From Spizellomyces punctatus DAOM BR117 (taxonomy: Eukaryota), in NCBI GenBank assembly GCA_000182565.2, contig KQ257458.1: a stretch of 64,000 nucleotides of DNA. The stretch is one strand, 5' to 3'. Both the position numbers and the translations under genes were made by a program. Each line of letters starts with the position of its first letter. Positions within the stretch are counted from its first letter, which is position 1. The notes under the pieces are model-generated. The model was not told the DNA's origin and made no database searches. It saw only the letters and a program-made list of their open reading frames with translations. Positions 12,886 to 25,369 of the stretch are shown piece by piece.

Positions 12886-14143
12886 CTAAAATGTGGACCA
12901 TTGCCAATCCGATGGGACAGACAGGAGCGACATGGCTCGATCGGGTTCTGAATGCATATTGTTCAGAGCTTGGCGCATTAAGACGAGTACATGAACAACT
13001 CACCCATGGGCTTAGTTCCAGTTTCGATTGGAACGGGGAGCACGCGATCTAGCATGTCGAGATGAATTCACCGACATGCATGTCTGTATATCAAAGTGAA
13101 AACTCACCCGCAGGCCCTGCCTCAGGAATTCTCGTCTCTTCATCCGATCCGTCTGGCGTCGGGGGACGCAGGGGTACGATGCGGGTTTGAAAGTCTTCGA
13201 AACACGTTCGACAGATCCGCGACACCACACCAGCTGGATGAAAGTTTGCATTTTGATCTAATCGTACAAAGTGCTGTCAAGTGGAAGGTAATGTGGTATA
13301 CATGTCAATTCGGCGGCTCGACGTGAATAACGTCCCTGGAACAGTACCCACTGCACATATATGGGAAGGAACGGGAAACGTACCGTAGAGCACGACAAAC
13401 AAAAGACGTTTCCACACCGACGGCAGTGATGTCGCCTCAACAGGAACCCAAATCTTTGGCGGCACAGATCGCAATCCGGCGCCTCGCAGTCAGGCTAAAA
13501 AAGAACACGTTAGCCAAGAGAGTCTAACATATTATAGTTGAACATGTGCCATGAAATGCAATGAGATTATGAATAGCAATATATTTTGCCTGCTCGCTCG
13601 CCCCAGGACGTCATCTCAATCACGATCCATCACCCGGCTTCTCGCAACGCATTCGGCTAACTCAGTCCCTCGACCAGTTTCGGCTAACTTTTCCCTTGCC
13701 GACTCTCAAAGCTTACCTTCCAGTGAGCACGAGTGGGCGGACCTGTGACAAATGGGGCAATCAGTTCGGCTTCGTTCAAACTGTGAGGCCTCTTTTTTGC
13801 AATTCGTTGAGATGGCTTGAGGGGTTGATGCAGCCTTCTCCCTACCGAGGGGGCTGTAGACAAGCGCCTTGTCTGAAGATTGGGGGGACGAGAGGAGGAT
13901 GCTGATGACGAAGGCGAAGAAGTAGCAGCTGCTGCAGAGGAATTAACACTGTCTGGGGGAACAGCGGCCGGTGCGAGAGCCCTTGCTGGGGAAACGGGAG
14001 GAATGAGATGAGCGTGCGGGTTCGGGCCCATCACCGGGCGCGAAGGGCGCTTGTGGAGACGGTTGTAGAGCGTCTAAACACACATTGTGAGATAGTGATA
14101 AAAACGGAATCAGAAGAAAAAGGCCACTTACCTGAGGGTCCAT
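12886..14143 (-). CDS. PIB2: FYVE-domain protein with a Pib2-type tail
   Basis: Spliced [44 protein letters not shown]...RICRTCF (FYVE); the last exon ends [11 protein letters not shown], matching the Pib2 tail motif as recalled. First exon MDPQ at 14143-14132. Confidence 0.75.
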
Positions 14144-15435
14144 GAGGTGCAACAAGAAGCAGCCGCGTCAGCACTCTTTACCATATTGTGTCGAGTGGAA
14201 GTTGCCCGATCGCTCTCCTTTCCCTTTGCCTTGTGCTGTGTGTTTCTTGATGGGCAACAAAGTTCAAATGGGCAAAAGACAAGTCGTTTTGAAACCTGCA
14301 ACTTGTGGCGTCTCCCCACCATGCAGCTAAGCCTTTGCCTAAGCCATTTGCACAGCCACTTGTGAGATTTCCCCACACACTCAACTCTGCGATGCAAACC
14401 AATGGTATGCGCGAGTAGCTTTGCAATACGCCCATCCCGCTCTAAAAGGTCAATCCCATAGGAATGAACACCTCCCAAGCACGTCTTCAACATTCCTCCC
14501 AAACACGTTCTTGGATGCACTCCATTGCTCTTTCCAAGCCCGTCCTTCCTACAAGGGCCTCAGATGGAAGACTCGCCCTGCAGGAATCACGTGTCATACC
14601 AGCAAGTCCCTCCTATAGGCTGCCATAGGCTGCCATAGGCAACCTCCCATGGGCCTTTGAGCAGGGTGACATAAGCATTACTTGTGCTTACGTATAATGA
14701 ACACACGTGACCCCCATGTGGGAGAAAACGCGTTGTGCCACACGCGTGCAGAGAACGTCATACAAACAAGGTGCCTATTACTATATTGGGAAAGTGAAAC
14801 ACATCTGCCCCCTTTTTCTTTCAAACTGTTCCCACGACCGTCTCGTTTTTTCCCACACTCGTCCCTCTCTTTGAATCCACAGCGACTTTCCAACTCCAGC
14901 GTTTTTAACGGCCAACCACAACCAAGGCGGCTTTACCCGACCCTTCTTTTTTTATTATTGGAAACGGGATATACGTCGCTTTATACTAGCAATGTTGGTG
15001 TAGATGACATACTGTGCCACTCGTTCTTACGCCAAAAACGCTTTGTTTTCTTATATGCGTTTTATTTATTCCCTAGTTTTTTTAAACGCGTTATTAGCGT
15101 TTTATTATCGTAGACTGGGAAGGGTTTTTATTGCAAAAGGTGTGTTGTTGGGCTTTTTGTTCTTGTGGCTTCTGTTTAGGCTACGCGCGCGTCAGTGTGT
15201 GTGAATATTCTGTGTGTGCGTGTGTGCTTATATGCATATCTTCCCACAGGGGGCATAACGGGCATCTGGTCATTTTCTTTCTAAACCGTTTCGCCGTCGT
15301 CCTGCTTTGGGAGGCTGGCGATCTGTTGTGCCTCCCTCTCGTCAGTTAGTGGGCACAGTGAGTTCTTTTTGATCGCGCACTCGAGATTGACGAATGATTG
15401 GATTAGGCTGATTTTGCTTTTCGCATAGTGCGGTA

Positions 15436-15936
15436 ATGGAAGGGAACGCTGTCTTTACTCATCCGACGCAACCTCAGTCACGCCCACAGCAACGTCAGTT
15501 TGGAGCGCAATCGGCAGGACCAGGACAGCAGGTCCAGATCCCATTTGGAAATGCACCCGGCACCAACATGCTTGGAAGCAACGCGGTTCATCAAAACATG
15601 TATGCCGGCAACATGCTCGCCTTTCAAGGCATTCCATTGCAGAAACCACAACAACAGCAACAGCAACAACAACAAGCTTTTGCTGGTGGCGCCCAGCAGG
15701 CCAACTTTTTCGTGCCGGGCATGAACCAAGTTGCTGGAATACCAAACGGCGGCATCAATCCTTTTGCAAATCAGCTGGGCGCAAACTATGCGGGAATGAA
15801 TGGCTTTCCCGTAGTGCAGAATCCCTACGGACTGGACATGTCGACAATTAACCAAACGGCATTGATTCAACAACAGCAACAACAGCAAATTCAGCAGCAG
15901 CAGCACCAATTACAACAACAACAACAAGCGCAACAA

Positions 15937-15968
<32 letters not shown>

Positions 15969-17331
15969 AGATCAGTCTCAACAGCAGCCCCCATCACAGC
16001 CGCAGCAAAGTCACCTTCAATCACAGTCTCAGCCAGGGCAGCAACAACCGCAACAACAGCAACAGCAGCAACAACAGCAGCGGTATGGAGTGGTTTCAGG
16101 AGGAGCGTTTGTGAGACCGCAAATGACCCCGGCAGTGCAAGCAAATGCGTATCCGCAGGCTGGTAACGTTCAGGCGCAAACCCAGTACTTGTCGAATGCA
16201 ATGGGAGCGGCTACCGGATTTGTTGGAATGCCCACTGCGGGCAATTGGGCGGCACTGGGACAGATGAAGACGGCGGATGGATACCGATGGCCACAGGCAT
16301 CAGGCGCAAGCGGTGCAACTCAGATGGCCATTCCTGCCCAGGCAAATATGAACGCATCGCTTGCTCCTGTATCGGGTGCTGGTTTTCAAGCGTCTTTGAC
16401 CCCGGCCGCCAGCGCTGCGAATTCGTTGAACCCAAATATGGCGTCGTCACAACAGCAGATGCTAGCACAGTACGCTTTGATGGGAGGTCAAGGGCAGATT
16501 GCGATACCTGCTGGTATGCAGCAAAATATGCATCCTCAGTTTTTGCAGCAGCAGTATCAACAGCTGGCCCAGCAGCGGTTCCAGTCTCTCATGCCACAAA
16601 ACGCTGTTCATGGACAGCAAAAGCCACAAGCTACTGGACAGTCACCTGCACAGCCGAATGCTCAATGGAACCAGCAGGTCAATGCACCTCAACAATTTCA
16701 GTTAATGCCACCAGCTGCGAAGCGAGCAAGAAAGGGGCCTGGACCGGATGGCATGCAAAGCCAGCAACAATCTCCGACACAGCAACATCCACCCGCCTCT
16801 CTTCAATCGTCACCACAGCAGGCAAAGGCTACTCAGCAACAAACAAGCGATACCCAACCATCACCGCAGCCTTCGGTCACCACACCAAATATGCCTGCTC
16901 AACCGCACCCTTCCTCTCAGCCGCAAGCGCCTGCAGGCTTCCAACAGTATATTCAAAAAGTACATCAACAGTCGAAGCATCAACTCCAAAACTCAATTCA
17001 GGCCCAAATACAAGTAAATCGGCAGGCGGAAGCACAGCGGCAACAGGCCCATCTCCAGCAGTTGCAGCAAATGCAGCAGGCCCAACAACATGCACAGCAG
17101 CAGTTGCACCAACAGCTACATCAGCACAAGATGGGACAACAGTCTAGCGTCTCTCAGCAGATGCAGCAGCAACCGCATGCAACGCCACAAACGGCACAGA
17201 TGCTTTCACAGCAGATAACGAACCTTCAGCAGGCGGCAGACCAACAGCGCACTCATCACGATGCGGGGGAGCAGCTTAAACGTCAACAGCAACAGCAGCA
17301 ACAACAGCATCAGCAGCAGCAGCAGCAGCAA

Positions 17332-17363
<32 letters not shown>

Positions 17364-19971
17364 ACAACAGCAGCAACAACAACAACACCAGCATCAACAA
17401 CAGGGTCCAGTAACACCTTCACCTAGACTGCCTGCCAATCAAACCACTCCTCACATGCCGAACCATCCGCAAATATCTACCCAGCAGCAACAACAACACC
17501 AGCAAGCACCACAACAGCAACAGCCGCCGCCGCAACAGCAGCAACAGCAGCAGATGCCACAGGTCCAATGGGCTCAAACTTACTACCCCACTCCGGGTCA
17601 TCGCGCGAGTCTGAACGGACCGCAGATACATTCGAGCCAGCCGCCTACGAGTATAGTCACCGCGGTGGGGATGCAAGGTGTTCCTGGTACACAAAAGAGC
17701 GCGCCAAGTCCGCGAGTCTCTTTCGGACAAGGTCAAGGTGGAACTACTTCGACAGCGGTGTTTGGGGAACAGGCTTTGCAGCAGCAGATGCAGAAAGCTA
17801 TGCCGCAAACTATGCAACATCAGCAGGCGATTATGCAGCAACAGCAACAGCAGGCATTTCAGCAACAAGCTCTTCAACAGCAGGCCCTCCATCAACAGGC
17901 TCTTCAACAGCAGCAAGCGATGCAGCAACACATGCAGCACCAGCGCCAACAATCCTTCAGCATGAACAATGTGAACGGGCCTGGAAACATGACGACACAA
18001 GCGCCTGCCAACCCACCAGCAACGCCACAACAAGCGCATGCCGGACTAAGGGCCCCAACTACGCCAAAAGAAACACCGCAGCAAACAAGAATGCTGCGTC
18101 CCAACCCGGAGCTGTGGATGACACAGTATAAGGATTTTATGAAGACTATCAACACACCTTTTACTCGGATTCCATCCGTTGGGGGCAAGCAGCTGGACAT
18201 GTTCAACCTGTTTTATCATGTTGTGGAACTCGGAGGATTTGACAAGGTGAGTCTGCGCCAGTTTTGCCTCCGTTCCGACCGACGTTGACACTGCAATTAC
18301 TGGGATGTAGGTTTCTGCTGGAAAACGATGGCGGCATGTTGCAGATCTCCTGGGACTCAAATCGTATAGCGCCGCAGCGTCGGCGCTGAAAAAGAACTAT
18401 TCGACTCTTTTGTATCAGTTTGAACGACGGCTGTATCCCCACTTGGCTGGGTTAGGTGCTGCTCCAGTACAGCCGAGTGGTCAGATGGCAAATGGCGCGG
18501 GAGTGCAACGGCGACCCTCAAGTGGTATTCCAAACATGAATGTAAGATCTATAGTCTGATTCGTTTCATTTCCTTCGGTATTGACCTGGTATTGCAGGCC
18601 TCTCAGGCTGACTATATGCGAAACAATCGGTTCCAACCGTATAATATACCCCAGGGATCTGGTCCGGGACGACCTGTGCAGGTGCCGGCATCTGTTGCGC
18701 CTGTACCTTATACCAACGTCCCGCCACCAGTAATAGAAAAGCCCGCGCCCCCGCCTCCGCCGCCAAAGCCGGTTTTTAAGCCTGCTGTGCGCAAGGTCGA
18801 ATCTTACGGAGGGTTGGATCTCAAGGGCATTGTGCCCGACGTGTACCGACCAATGAAGGAATTGTTTGGAGGTAGGGTGGATGGGCACCATTTGGTGATG
18901 GCCATAAAGTCGAGGATGGACATTGAAGTCCGTTATGCGCTGGACATTTTGACGCTGGCTTCTGCTGACGAACGCGTACCAATTTACCTGATGGAATGCA
19001 CAGATTTGCTGGATGCGCTATTGGGGTTGATGGAGGAGTGTTTGGCGGCAACCGGTGCAACTAAATTGAAGGAGTTTCGGTCGTATTCCGAGTTATTTCA
19101 GGATGAGTGGGAGGGCTTCTTCAAATTGCGACATGATGCGGAGGCAACTCTGGATGAATCTGAAAAGATGGTTGACAGGGCAGTGTGTGTTGGGACCGTG
19201 CTGAGGAATTTGTCTTTTCATTTGGAGAATCAGCGATTCTTGGCGGAGCATAGCAAGGTTCTTTCGTTGATTGTCCAGATGCTGTGCTTGGCTCCAGGAA
19301 AAGACAATGTGGGACGCATTGCCGCGTTGGAGCATCGAAAGAATGCTACCATCATGTTGTCAAATATCGGCGCCTTCGTACGTATTCCAGATCGAGAGGC
19401 TGGAGAACTAATTCTGGACGTGCTCTCTGACTTTATCGACGAGTCTGATACGTATTATGCGTACCCCGCTCTGGAAGCACTAGCCAAAATTACCCTCGTT
19501 GACGATAATGGGAGCATTGTTGCTAAAGCAAAGCACTTGGATCCGTTGGTGGAACGTATCGTGCACATGCTACCCTCGACTGGCCTCTCTGCCGACGCTA
19601 CACCTGAAGATTTGGCCACTTGGGAAATGGCATCCATCGCTCTCTTTAACCTCTCCGCCACCGACGATCGCATACGCCGCATCATGGTCCGCACCCTCGG
19701 ATTCATTCCCCTCATGCTCCGCCTATGCCGACCGCCCCTTGCCGAGCTTCACTTTCGATTCGCGCGCCCAGGAATGAACGTTCTTCCCACTCAATCCATT
19801 TCGCAGCGGTCCATGCGGACACTGGCCGAACTGGCCAAGGAACGAAAGTGCCGAACCTGGCTCATGGGTTACGAAAAAGAGTTTTTGGCCATGGTGGCGG
19901 GTCGGGCGTATGATGACGAAGTGGAAAAGCTTGCGGCAGAGTGTTTGTGGGCTTTACATGAGGATATCTGA
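15436..19971 (+). CDS. SWI1: SWI/SNF ARID subunit (Swi1/Sol1/ARID1) with a very long Q-rich N-terminus
   Basis: ARID motif IPSVGGKQLDMFNLFYHVVELGGFDKV|SAGKRWRHVA...LKKNYSTLLYQFE; C-terminal ARM region LVMAIKS...EVRYALDIL, VLRNLSF...NQRFLA. Introns at about 18247-18310 and 18542-18597. Confidence 0.88.
15646..17945 (+). repeat. CAG/CAA polyglutamine microsatellite tracts inside SWI1
   Basis: Several runs of CAA/CAG codons, the longest at about 17284-17403 and 15868-15969. Confidence 0.95.
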
Positions 19972-20385
19972 ATCATAACGACTTTACAAGAACGGTGCTG
20001 CTTGTAATTATGTAATTAGGTGTTTTATTTTAAATCTCTTGTATAGTCATTTTCGTTGCGTGGTGATCGTTGTTGTTCGTTGCGCGATGGAGTGGGCACT
20101 CGTCCTGTTGTGTGGGTGCGATGTTTGGTACTAGTTTTTGCTGTGTATATTGTGTCATTCGCACTCGTTGGTCAAGAGCGGGTTAATGTTGTACTGGTTT
20201 TGCGTAGACTTTTTGTGGTGCCCAAGAATCCTTAATTTTGTCAAACAAAGAAATACTATTTATCATGATGAATGAGAGAATATGTCCATTGATATATCTC
20301 AATAAGCTTGCCGTTGGTAACTAAGAAAACTGTCAAACTAGATACAAAGTGCAAGGGCATAATGCTATCCAAAACCTTGCCATCA

Positions 20386-21528
20386 TTAAGCGGAAACTTG
20401 CACGACGAGCTTTTCTGCACTGACTTTTCCAGCTGCAGACAACTCGAGTGCTTCCTTAACACCTTCCAATCCCCCATCGATGACCTTGACCCGATTTGGA
20501 CGGATCCTTCCCTCCTGAATGTACCCAAGCACCTCGTCTATGACGCCCGATACAAACTCGACTGTCTCAGGCGCCGCTCCAAACACAGCTTTGAAGTTCA
20601 CGCCGTCAGGCAATGTCAATGAATCTGCTTTTTGGAGCAGACTAACGATGGTAGAGGGAAACTCTGGATTTGCGACAAGTGTCTCGACGATTTGGCCTGG
20701 GATCTCGCCGCCAATGGCATCAAAGGCGAGTCGCAGACGGTTACCTGTTTGTTCACGGATCTTGGCAACAGTGTCCGGGGCGTTGTAGTCAAAGACTTGG
20801 ACAGCGCCTAGAGATTGGACATACTGTGTACAACGGGGTAAGCATGTGCTAAAGGAGGATAAAGCAAAAAGGCACTTCTTTTTTTTTTTTTACCTCGGCG
20901 TTTTTAGGGGACGCGGTGGCAACGACGCTATATCCAGCAGCAGCCGCCAACTGTACCGCATAAGCGCCCATCGAAGTAGCTCCACCCCACACAAGCACCC
21001 ACTCTGGAACAAACCACCGCCTGTTCTCCTGTGGCCTAGCCAGCCCCAACCCACTTGTCTCTGAAAATAACCCAACAATCGTCGTGTTCAGTCCTGTGCC
21101 AAGTGTAGCAGCCTCGTCAAAAGAGAGGTTGGAGGGTTTCTTGTGAATGTTGTTTGCATCTGCTAGAGCATATTCGCTAAAGGCTTGTAAAATGGAACTT
21201 CCAAACACTTGGTCCCCAGGTTTGAAACCGGATTCCTCAGTGTTGGGACCGAGGGAGTCGATGGTCCCGCTAAGATCGATGCCGAGCTGTGAAGGCCAAG
21301 ACGAGACCATGAAGCCAGATTTGACTATTTTCCAGTCTATGGGGCTGCCAGAGTCATGGTTGAGATATTTTGTATCAAAAAAGATGATGTCTACATAACG
21401 TACTTTATGGCTGCAGAGTGGACTTTGATAACCACCTGCCCCGGCCCTGGCGTTGGCTTTTCGACATCTCCGACATATATATTGTCTGAAAGGCTTCCGA
21501 CCTGCTTGGCTAATACTGCTTTGGGCAT
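20386..21528 (-). CDS. MDR-superfamily enoyl/quinone reductase (YLR460C/LovC-like)
   Basis: PTPGPGQVVIKVHSAAIN|PIDWK, GIDLSG, LSFDEAATL, nucleotide-binding WGGATSMGAYAVQLA, C-terminal GKVSAEKLVV. Confidence 0.9.
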
Positions 21529-22077
21529 GATTTCCTTGTTCGATGGTATGAGTAAGTGTGTGTTTGAATGGAGGAAGAGAATTGTTGGAGTGGACTCTTA
21601 TTTAACTGGCCTTATCGGGCAGTGCTGAAATGGACACGGTCCAATGACTAATACGTGCACGTTAATTAGCAACAGCCATCTGTCCCATATAGCCGTGCGC
21701 CGTGTCGATTTGTAAGACTTTTTACATGCAATGACTCCAAATCCAACGTAGCAAACAATACGGAGAGAATCCCATAAACCGGAGGTTCATATGGCGCAAC
21801 TTGTTGGCGCATTTTGTTCGTCGTCGTCGTGCCATTTTGCGCAAACCGTCCTTCATCGTCCAAAAGGTCACGGTTGATTACCACATGCAATAGAGTCCCA
21901 AAATGGAAATTCGTATGGCGCAGCATCTTCGCGTGACGTCGTCCATTTCAGCCAATCATTTGACTGTAAATTTTCTAACTCGAAGCGCTACTTGTGGGAT
22001 GGGAATTGGGCAACTGACAAGAGCTCTTTCTTCCTGCCCAATTGCTTGGAACATCCCCTTGCACAGCCGTATTCGCA

Positions 22078-22810
22078 ATGGCCCCCACGGACAAGAAGAC
22101 CAAGAAGAGCACCCTTAACGAGGTGGGCACTACCTTCTGAGGGAACCTATGCTCGGCGTTGGAATCGAGATTTAATTTGGATTCTGCTTTCTTGTTGCAG
22201 GTGGTGACCCGTGAATACACAATCCACCTCCACAAGCATGTCTTTGGAAAGTGAGTGTCGATAGCTTATCAGAACGGTGTGGGTGGGACGATGGGGTTGT
22301 GGCGAGGTGGTTGGGTTTGGAGCGATGGAGGATAAGCTGAGAATTCGGGATTATGCGAATGTCGGGAGCTGGCTGGGCAGGGCAAAAGACTTTGAGATCG
22401 ATTGTTGAGGAAGAGGGACTTGTCACAGTGGACGAACAGTGTCTAACCACCGGTCCCTTTACCTCTTAGGACCTTCAAGAAGCGTGCGCCAACTGCCGTC
22501 AAGGCGATTCGCGAGTTTGCCCACAAGACCATGGGTACCTCTGACGTGCGTCTTGAGCCTTCCTTGAACAAGGCTGTGTGGTCCAGGGGTATCAAGTCTG
22601 TCCCGCATCGCATTCGTGTGCGTCTCTCCCGGCGCCGCAATGACGCCGAGGACGCAAAGGAAAAGCTCTACACTCTTGTGAGCTATGTTCCTGTTACGAA
22701 CTTTAAGGGTGAGTTGCTGTGCAGAGCAATATTGTTTACATGGGGAATGCATGCTTACGGACGTCATCTTTACGTTCAAAGGTCTTCAGACTCAGACTGT
22801 TGAGGAATAA
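22078..22810 (+). CDS. RPL31: 60S ribosomal protein eL31
   Basis: Exons 22078-22122, 22201-22250, 22470-22708, 22782-22810 give ...[45 protein letters not shown]...[10 protein letters not shown]. Confidence 0.97.
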
Positions 22811-23350
22811 GCTTGTTTGTCTTGTGACGGGGGAATTGTTGAGACAAATATAATCGGCTTTGTACACATCTCTTGGAAAACTTTCTTTTCTTTTTTTTTG
22901 CGTACATGAGTGATGGTTGTCTGGAAGTGGTTCACGTTCCGTCCAAGTGTAGTTGCTAGTTCTGATCCAGATACCTGATCCTGAGCACTACTTTGCTATC
23001 CCAGCATATGCCTGGGACGATCAGGATGTACGATGAACGTCAGCGAATACCTAGTGTATGAATACCGGGCAACATATGTGATTGCACCGGAAGGATTTAA
23101 CCCACATATCCTCGTTTTTCGTACGGGAAGAACGCACAGCCAGACAACATCTGCGGCTTTTTGTCACAGGAGATATTCAGTGAAAGATCAGTGTTCTATT
23201 ATTTATTAAGATTAACATGTCACAAACTGTCCCAAACTCTGCCAAGCACTCTACTTTCTGTCCATATTCGTAACTGCTCTCCCTCTTTACTTATGGGTAT
23301 CACCTTCGGCTTCCACAGACAGGTAGGAAACAAATAGAGAATACCCAGCT

Positions 23351-24477
23351 TTACATGAGACCACAATCCCGAAGGTTTGTCTGAATGATGATATCGTTTA
23401 CAGCAGCCATGACGAACTTGATCTGTGTGGTGTCTGTTGCACAAGTGAAATGCGTGTAGATTTGCTTTTGGTCACTTTGGTTCAGGGAGACGAAGCGGTT
23501 GAGAATGTACTCGCAGGCAGCATCGTAGTTGTCACCGCCGGCGTAGTCGGGGAAGTACTTGCCCATAGGACTCTTTGGCAACTTTTCCCTAAACAAGTCG
23601 ATCTTGTTCAAGAAGAGAATGATTGAGGTCTTGACGAACCATCGGCTGTTGCAGATGGAGTCAAAGAGGGTCAAAGCTTCTTGCATACGGTTGACCGTCT
23701 CATCCTCGACCAATACTTGATCGTACTCGGAGATGGCAACCAAGAAGACGATGGCAGTAACCTCCTCGAAGCAGTGGATCCACTTCTTTCGCTCCGACCG
23801 CTGACCACCGACATCAAACATACGGTAGGTGAGGTCACCAATGTGGAAGGTGTTTTCCGTAATACCCGTCGTCTTGACACGAGAGCGCAACACATCTTGG
23901 TCGGTTGGGACGTAGTCGGGAGCAGCAATACGGTCAATAGAGTCAAAATAGTACTTTGCCGAGTCATTGAGCTGGTATTCACGGCTTCGTGCAAAACAGG
24001 CCTGCACACCATCATCCACCCACAACGACTTGACGGCAGCTGCAACTTCGGGAGGGAATACTTCAGCTTCAATTTGATGGGGAAGTTCCATAATGACTGC
24101 TCGGTGCATTTCGTTGGCGGGATTCGACAAGGCGATTCCCATGTTTTGCATCGCCTCCAAAATGACCCGCATGGACTGGACAGTGTTGCTGAAAACGATT
24201 TCCCTGAATGTTTCTCGCTCTTCGTTACTGTATCCATTATCGTGGATAAGCTTCATCTGTTTAAGAATGGTACTCTTGCCAGATTCACCAGCACCTGTAG
24301 ACACACATAATGTAAGGTTCCGTCCAGATTGTGTAATGGAGACTATTTCAGAAACCTACCCAGCAAAAGCATCTTGACTTCATTGCGCATGTTGACCTTT
24401 TCTTTCTTGAGGGCATTGTCAATTTCGTCGTTCTTGCGCTTATTCTCCTTCTCTTCGGCGCTCATGAAACAACCCAT
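23351..24477 (-). CDS. Heterotrimeric G-protein alpha subunit, group I (Gi-like)
   Basis: MGC lipidation motif, GAGESGKST, DVGGQRSERKKW, FLNKID, TCATDT, C-terminal DCGLM with Cys at -4; single intron at about 24296-24359. Confidence 0.96.
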
Positions 24478-25369
24478 CTTGTTTGATGTGTGCTGGGGTG
24501 AAGGGTTTTAAAAAAGAACGGGTATGCGAACTGCAAGGGCGGAGTTAGTATCAAGCTTACGAATGACCAGGGCCAAGCTAGCCCCCCACAGACAGTTTTT
24601 TCCGCAATCCTGCAAAAGTCCAAGCAGAATGAACGTCCGACGGACGTCACACTTCTGCCTGCGCTGTTGCAGAAAAGAGTGCAGAGGACTTGTAAAACTC
24701 ACCGGAAGGATATACTCTGATTGTGGTGGATTGAGCAGTCAAACTTTGCGCCAGGCGAAGATATGCAGTCAAAGAACACTGCAGGAGATGGAAGGCAAGA
24801 ATGGTCTGGCTTTAAGCGTTTGTTTTCGACCAGCGGTTTGAAATACGGCAGAAATCCGAACAACAACAAATATTCACACAGGAGACGGATCCCACCTGAA
24901 GAGAAACTACGTACTGGGGGAGTTGTGGGAAGAGGATGGGAATGGAAGAACACCTATTGTTTGTCCAAATAAGTGGCGCGAGGTAAACAACCTATTAACC
25001 CCCGCCTATTGTGGCTGTCGGCTGATTGGGGCCTTGCCGGGCCAAGATTGTCAGCATAGGCCGCGACTCAAGCAGACGTCACATTGGCCACTAGATTTAA
25101 AAATAGGAAATTCAAAAATAACAGGCAATGTCGGACGATATCAACAGTGTCTCTGTTACGCTAAAATTACTCTTGGAGCCTTGGAAGTGTTGCAGTGAAG
25201 GTGGTAAATGCAAGTTGCCCCCCACCACAAATTGCCGTCTTGTTTGTAAACTCCGACTTAACGCGGCAGCATCTCGTAAGCAATCATCAAGCCAGGTAAC
25301 GCGATTATTATAATACATTTGTACGCCCCAAGAAACAAACTGCAACCATACGCATGGGAGCGATCTTGC

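Noticed and set aside
14614..14640. Short tandem repeat (ATAGGCTGCC x2.6); similarly AAAGTCCCTC x2 near 12505
   Set aside because: Simple slippage duplications with no spacers; not CRISPR or transposon ends.
15455..18206. Many poly-L, poly-A and poly-S ORFs overlapping SWI1
   Set aside because: Shadow frames of the CAG/CAA repeats.
22905..22985. Possible C/D snoRNA (GTGATGG...CTGA) with TTCACGTTCC resembling an LSU rRNA antisense
   Set aside because: Box C is imperfect, the antisense stretch is not next to a D/D' box, and there is no terminal stem.
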